Part shown: piece by piece, positions 59,692 through 64,000 of the stretch | How the letters are laid out: each line of letters opens with the position of its first letter | Position numbering within the stretch: the first letter of the stretch is position 1 | Assembly: GCA_963729895.1 (NCBI GenBank) | Contig: CAVSQB010000012.1 | Location: forward strand, 32,001-96,000 | DNA from: an uncultured Fibrobacterota bacterium | GTDB taxonomy: Bacteria > Fibrobacterota > Chitinivibrionia > Chitinivibrionales > FEN-1185 | Direction: 5' to 3' | Length of the DNA stretch: 64,000 nt | Made by a program: the position numbers and the translations under genes | The notes under the pieces: model-generated | What the model was told of the DNA's origin: nothing | Databases searched by the model: none | What the model saw: the letters and a program-made list of their open reading frames with translations, nothing else

Positions 59692-60063
59692 TTAGGCCAG
59701 GAACGCATTTCTTATATGGTCAATTTTCCCCTTGTAAATCGTTATCACGTCAAAGCGGCAGGCGCGGTCGGCGTACCGGTGTTCGGCAAGATACCGTTTC
59801 GCCATGTTCGCTATGGTGCGCTGTTTCTGCCGCGTCACCCAGAACGCAGGGTTGCCGAAGCGGCCCGATTGCGCCGATTTGACCTCGAGAAACACAAGCG
59901 TGCCCGACGGGTCTTCCGCGATGCAATCCAGTTCGCCGTTCCTCGATTGATAATTACGAGAAAGAACGGTGTAGCCCTGCGAGAGAAGATATTCCGCGGC
60001 CGCGTCCTCGCCGCCGGCGCCTTTGCTGCGGGTATTTTCCCGTAAAGGAACGGCGCTGTTCAT
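59692..60063 (-). CDS. yraN: YraN-family predicted endonuclease
   Basis: GEDAAAEYL, RNY, GELD, LVFLEVK, KQ, RFDVI, HIRNAF. Confidence 0.9.
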   Translation of the reverse strand: MNSAVPLRENTRSKGAGGEDAAAEYLLSQGYTVLSRNYQSRNGELDCIAEDPSGTLVFLEVKSAQSGRFGNPAFWVTRQKQRTIANMAKRYLAEHRYADRACRFDVITIYKGKIDHIRNAFLA

Positions 60064-60076
60064 GGGCGGGCCCCCA

Positions 60077-61183
60077 TTATTTGTGGCCGATAAGATGGTT
60101 GAGCAGGAGCGCGGCCAGAATTGCGATAAGGCTCAGCGTGAGCCACTGGTCCTCAAGAAGATCGAGCCAATAGCCTTTGTCAAAGAGAAAGAAAGTGTTC
60201 TGTTTCCTGCGCGAGTGCCGCCGGTCGCCCGAGCGGCGATCGGTGATTCGCTTGTCGGCGTACTTGTCGTCGTCCTGTCCTTCGTCCCGCGGGTCCTTGT
60301 GCACCGCAAACGAAAGCGTAGTGCGGTCGACGCTCTCGTTCAGGTCCACCGAATCGAGATGCTCAAGCATTTCTTCCACGGATTCGTAGCGTTCTTTCTT
60401 GTCTTTTTTGAGCGCCTTGAGGATGATAAGCTCAAGCCGTTTCGGCGTATCACGCCGCTTCACGGACGGCGGAATAGGTATTTCGTGGACATGCTTGTAC
60501 GCGGTTGCCACGGGATTGTTCGCGAGAAAAGGAGGCTTCTTCACGAGCATTTCGTAGATCACAATTCCCAGAGAGTAAATATCGGTTGCGGCATCCACAT
60601 CTTCGCCCTCGGCCTGTTCGGGAGACATGTACTCGGGAGTTCCTACCGTGACGCCGGTCATGGTGATGCCCGCCGAGGAAAAGATCTTCGCAATGCCGAA
60701 ATCCGACAGCCGGGCGATGTTCTCTTTGTCCAGCAGGATGTTCTGGGGCTTGATGTCCCGGTGAATAACATCCTTGCTGTGCGCGTAGCGAAGCCCGCGG
60801 CAGATCTGTTTGGCAATGTCGATAATCTCGGTTGCCGGAAGTACCTTTTTGCCCTGAATCCTCGCCGACAGGTTTTCACCGTCCACAAACTGCATGGCGA
60901 AAAAACGGTACCCTTTGTCTTCCCCGTAGTCGTAGAGACTCACAATATTCTGGTGCTGGAGCAGCGAGATTGCGTCGGCTTCGATCTTGAAACGTTTGGA
61001 AAGCTCGTCGTTTATTGACAACTGCGGTGGGAGCACTTTGAGCGCCACTATCCGGTTGAGCGGCTCCTGGACGGCTTTGTACACAACGCCCATGCCGCCC
61101 ATGCCGATAATCTGGAGGATCTTGAATTTTCCGATGTAGTCCGGCAGATACGCCGGTTCTTTGATGTTGGTTTCCATCGGCAT
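60077..61183 (-). CDS. Hanks-type Ser/Thr protein kinase with C-terminal TM anchor
   Basis: GMGGMGVVY, VALK, HRDIKPQN, DFG, GTPEYMSPEQ, DIYSLG; terminal hydrophobic helix. Confidence 0.95.
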   Translation of the reverse strand: MPMETNIKEPAYLPDYIGKFKILQIIGMGGMGVVYKAVQEPLNRIVALKVLPPQLSINDELSKRFKIEADAISLLQHQNIVSLYDYGEDKGYRFFAMQFVDGENLSARIQGKKVLPATEIIDIAKQICRGLRYAHSKDVIHRDIKPQNILLDKENIARLSDFGIAKIFSSAGITMTGVTVGTPEYMSPEQAEGEDVDAATDIYSLGIVIYEMLVKKPPFLANNPVATAYKHVHEIPIPPSVKRRDTPKRLELIILKALKKDKKERYESVEEMLEHLDSVDLNESVDRTTLSFAVHKDPRDEGQDDDKYADKRITDRRSGDRRHSRRKQNTFFLFDKGYWLDLLEDQWLTLSLIAILAALLLNHLIGHK

Positions 61184-61235
61184 GAATAACTCCCCGGTGC
61201 AGGCAAGGGTCGAAGAAGACCTTGTCTTAAATTAA

Positions 61236-62136
61236 GGTAATTATAAAGGATCTTGCACCAAATTAGTGATCATTTTGACAAGTTTTTCAAAGAAATTTTC
61301 ATGACGATGATTGTACCGAAAAGCCATTTCGTTCAGATACCCTGGAAAGTATTCTTTGGAGACTCCATGGAACTTTGCAAGACGTTCCTTAGCATAGCTC
61401 CAGAAGCCTTCCAAACCGTTAATATAAACTTTGCCTGTGGCAAATCTTTTCCCATGGTCGACTCTCAAATGCCGATAACCGCAGAACATCAGGGCGTCAT
61501 AGCCGCGGAATTTGTCAGTGTAAATGATGGAGCCTCGTCTGACCATTTTCACAGTCTCAGTCAACAGGCTTTCGGCAGTGACGTTTTTTACTACTGTCAC
61601 CTTCACTTTTCCGTGTCTCTCCAGGATACCAAAGACGGGAACCTTTCCGGCAGCACCCCGGCCACGTTTACCTTTACGCCTGCCGCCGAAGTAGGATTCA
61701 TCGAGCTCAACCTCTCCAGAGAGCCAGAAATCGCTTTCAGCGACCATCAAGGCCCTTCGGATGAGATTACACATCCGCAAGACCGTGGGATAGCTCAAAC
61801 CGATCTGAGTTGCTATCCTGCGTGCTGAGACTTCCAGTTCAAAGAGCTTAATGATCCACAGCAGCTTTTTCAGAGGGACGCGGCACTGACCAATCCACCG
61901 ATTCGAGAAGTCATGAAAGGTATTTCCGCATCGTTTGCACCTGAACTTTTTACCTTTTAAACGATAGATTTTATGGCTGTTACAATTGATGCAGAAAACA
62001 TGGCCATTTTTCCAACAGAACTTTCTGAGGAACAATTTTGCCCTGTTTTCAGTTTTCCCTATGAATTCAAAGGTTTCTAATTGACTAAAGCCCATATGCA
62101 CAAGATAATTCCTGTGCAAGATGTTTTATAATCACC
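61236..62136 (-). mobile_element. IS1595-family insertion sequence, 901 bp
   Basis: IRs GGTAATTATAAAGGATCTTGCAC and GGTGATTATAAAACATCTTGCAC (20/23); 8-bp duplication TAAATTAA at 61228-61235 and 62137-62144. Confidence 0.92.
61241..62095 (-). CDS. IS1595-family transposase
   Basis: Zn ribbon CINC...CKRC, HTH, VELDESYFGG, IYTD, INGLEGFWS, YLNE..FRYN. Confidence 0.92.
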   Translation of the reverse strand: MGFSQLETFEFIGKTENRAKLFLRKFCWKNGHVFCINCNSHKIYRLKGKKFRCKRCGNTFHDFSNRWIGQCRVPLKKLLWIIKLFELEVSARRIATQIGLSYPTVLRMCNLIRRALMVAESDFWLSGEVELDESYFGGRRKGKRGRGAAGKVPVFGILERHGKVKVTVVKNVTAESLLTETVKMVRRGSIIYTDKFRGYDALMFCGYRHLRVDHGKRFATGKVYINGLEGFWSYAKERLAKFHGVSKEYFPGYLNEMAFRYNHRHENFFEKLVKMITNLVQDPL

Positions 62137-64000
62137 TAAATTAAATTACTCCCTTGCACAAATCGCCGGAAATGTATTCCTGAAAGAAGCAAAACAAGCA
62201 GTCCGGCGCAGAGAAGCGACAGGTCGGTCCAGTCGCTGCACTGCCACAGCGGCTGGTCAAACAGGCTCATTTTCTTGAACATTGAAAACACGGGACGCGC
62301 AACGGTGAGATGAGAAAGGAACGCTCCCGCGACCGGCATTTCATCAAACGGCATGAGAATTCCTGAAAAGAAGATCTGAGGAATGAATATGATGGGCAGG
62401 AAGCTGACGGCCATGTTGACATTGCGCGAAAATGCGCTTATGCACAGCCCGAGCAGGGACCCGGCCGCGCACGCGGCGCACAGGAGGAATCCGCTGCCCG
62501 CATCGAATCGAAATCCGGCAAACAGAAAGTGAATGGATGCGCCAAAAACAATTCCCTGCAACGCGCCCAAAGCGCAAAAGACCACCACCTTCGAAAGACA
62601 ATACGCGGTCTTCGACAGGCCTATCCTGAATTCCCTTTCAATCACCAACCATTCGCGGGCGATTTCGCGCGCCGAATTCATTCCCCCCATCCATATCACC
62701 GAAATCGACAGGCAGAAATAAAAGGAAAGCGGGAGAAACGTGCTGTCCGGCTTGAATACAAACGCCAGCAAAATTGCGATGAGAGGCGCCTGCGCAAGCA
62801 CGAGGCCGAGTGTCCGGGCGTCCCGCACCAGAATCCTCGAGTACCGGATCGAAAGCAGCACCATCTGTCGAACAAACGAGACGCTTTTGGGCCTGTACAA
62901 TCGTGCCTCGGCGGCGTGCCTTGCTGCGGGCGTTGTGCGACCCATGCCGCGCTTTCTTTGCGGCACGAGAGCCGGGCCCGCCGGTGTAGCGGTCAGAAGG
63001 CTTCTCGCTTTCTCGTACACCTCTGCGAGAGCAACGGTGCCGAAATTTTTCAGCATTTCGCCCGGCGTTCCGAAGAATACCAGCCTGCCGCGCGAAACAA
63101 AAAGCAATTTGTTGCACAACTCGATCTGTTCCAGCGTGTGGGTCGTAAGAAGAATCGTGTGTCCCTTATCGCAAATCGACCGAAACAGTTCCATAAACTT
63201 GTGGGTGAGCCCAGGGTCGAGGCCCGCGAGCGGCTCATCAAGGAAGATCACGGTCGGCGAAGAGAGCAGTTCAATGCCGAAGTGAACGCGCTTGGCCTCC
63301 CCTCCCGACAGGTCCGCAATTCTCCTGTTCCTGAGGCCGGCCAGGTCGAGGAGATCCGTCACTTCACGAATGCGCTCCCGATGCTCCGCGGGCAAGCTGT
63401 CGCGCGGCAGCCGCAGGATGCTTTGTTCCGTAAAGGTCTCGAGCACCGTGAGCTCCTGACGAAGGAGGTTCTGCTGCGTCACGAACCCGATGGTCGAATT
63501 GAAGGCCGAACAGAACCTGCGCATAGGGAGCCCGTTATAAAAAATCGAGCCGCCCGACAGAGGAATCTGGCCGGTGAGCGCATAGGCCAGCGTCGACTTG
63601 CCCGCGCCCGACGGGCCCAAAATCGCAACGAACTCGCCCGGCTCGATTGCCAGGGAAACGTCGCTGATGAGCGTCGATCGTCCGCGCTGGACGCTAACGT
63701 CGAAGGCCTCAATGGAGATCCTGTTGAAATCCTGGGCCTTCTTAAGGGAGCCGTTGTCCAAAAAGAAACGGTACGGTCCGATCTGCACAATATCGCCATC
63801 GTCAAGGAACCTGTTGTGGACCGGATTGCCGTTCACAAACGTTCCGTTTGTGCTGGCGTGATCCTCAATGGAGTACCGGTGTCCGCCCGCCGATTTGAAT
63901 GTCGCGTGAAACCGGGAAACGAGCGGATGAGACAGGCAGATGATGCTTGAGGGATCGCGGCCGATGGTGACGACGTCGCGCTCCTGTAATTGGTGAGCAT
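62136..64000 (-). CDS. FHA-domain ABC transporter (FHA, ATPase, ABC-2 permease; Rv1747-like), 5' end outside the window
   Basis: Frame open to the window edge; FHA TIGR...VSRFHA...STNGTFVNG; GPSGAGKST, LSGG, FLDEP; six-TM C-terminus. Confidence 0.9.
   Translation of the reverse strand, partial: AHQLQERDVVTIGRDPSSIICLSHPLVSRFHATFKSAGGHRYSIEDHASTNGTFVNGNPVHNRFLDDGDIVQIGPYRFFLDNGSLKKAQDFNRISIEAFDVSVQRGRSTLISDVSLAIEPGEFVAILGPSGAGKSTLAYALTGQIPLSGGSIFYNGLPMRRFCSAFNSTIGFVTQQNLLRQELTVLETFTEQSILRLPRDSLPAEHRERIREVTDLLDLAGLRNRRIADLSGGEAKRVHFGIELLSSPTVIFLDEPLAGLDPGLTHKFMELFRSICDKGHTILLTTHTLEQIELCNKLLFVSRGRLVFFGTPGEMLKNFGTVALAEVYEKARSLLTATPAGPALVPQRKRGMGRTTPAARHAAEARLYRPKSVSFVRQMVLLSIRYSRILVRDARTLGLVLAQAPLIAILLAFVFKPDSTFLPLSFYFCLSISVIWMGGMNSAREIAREWLVIEREFRIGLSKTAYCLSKVVVFCALGALQGIVFGASIHFLFAGFRFDAGSGFLLCAACAAGSLLGLCISAFSRNVNMAVSFLPIIFIPQIFFSGILMPFDEMPVAGAFLSHLTVARPVFSMFKKMSLFDQPLWQCSDWTDLSLLCAGLLVLLLSGIHFRRFVQGSNLI

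Noticed and set aside
60023..61018. 331-aa plus-strand ORF
   Set aside because: Antisense to the kinase; a common shadow ORF in GC-rich genes.
62529..63950. 473-aa plus-strand ORF
   Set aside because: Antisense shadow of the FHA-ABC transporter with no recognisable motifs.
1..64000. CRISPR arrays, prophage, rRNA, retron or defence systems
   Set aside because: No regularly spaced repeats or hallmark genes seen by eye.

Overview
Bacterial chromosomal window, mostly core genes. The combination of T9SS/Gld-type genes, an MglA GTPase and an Hc1-like protein suggests an FCB-group organism, plausibly Fibrobacterota (inference only). Contents in order: serC-serA; a three-gene T9SS-associated operon (PorV-like barrel with a large insertion, an M6-peptidase-like cargo lacking HExxH, and a gluzincin/PD40/barrel protein); icd; tRNA-Gly(CCC); a GldA/F/G-DUF4340 ABC operon; mltD-sppA; an IS5-family element splitting a lipoprotein gene; an EF-G paralogue, mtnA and a degenerate cold-shock protein; a TPR-DUF4388-mglA-mglB locus; lysA and rpsT; a PHP-UbiA-TPR-ferredoxin-geranylgeranyl reductase operon; tkt, a CPA2 antiporter and dus; a probable chromosomal dif site; a cobalamin-riboswitch B12 uptake operon; yraN, a Ser/Thr kinase, an IS1595-family element and a partial FHA-ABC transporter. 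The most striking unexplained signal is that MglA and MglB both carry long low-complexity extensions ending in the same 40-residue module (LYFTSxN...QG..S[KR]FFN). All calls come from motif recognition by eye; no searches were run.
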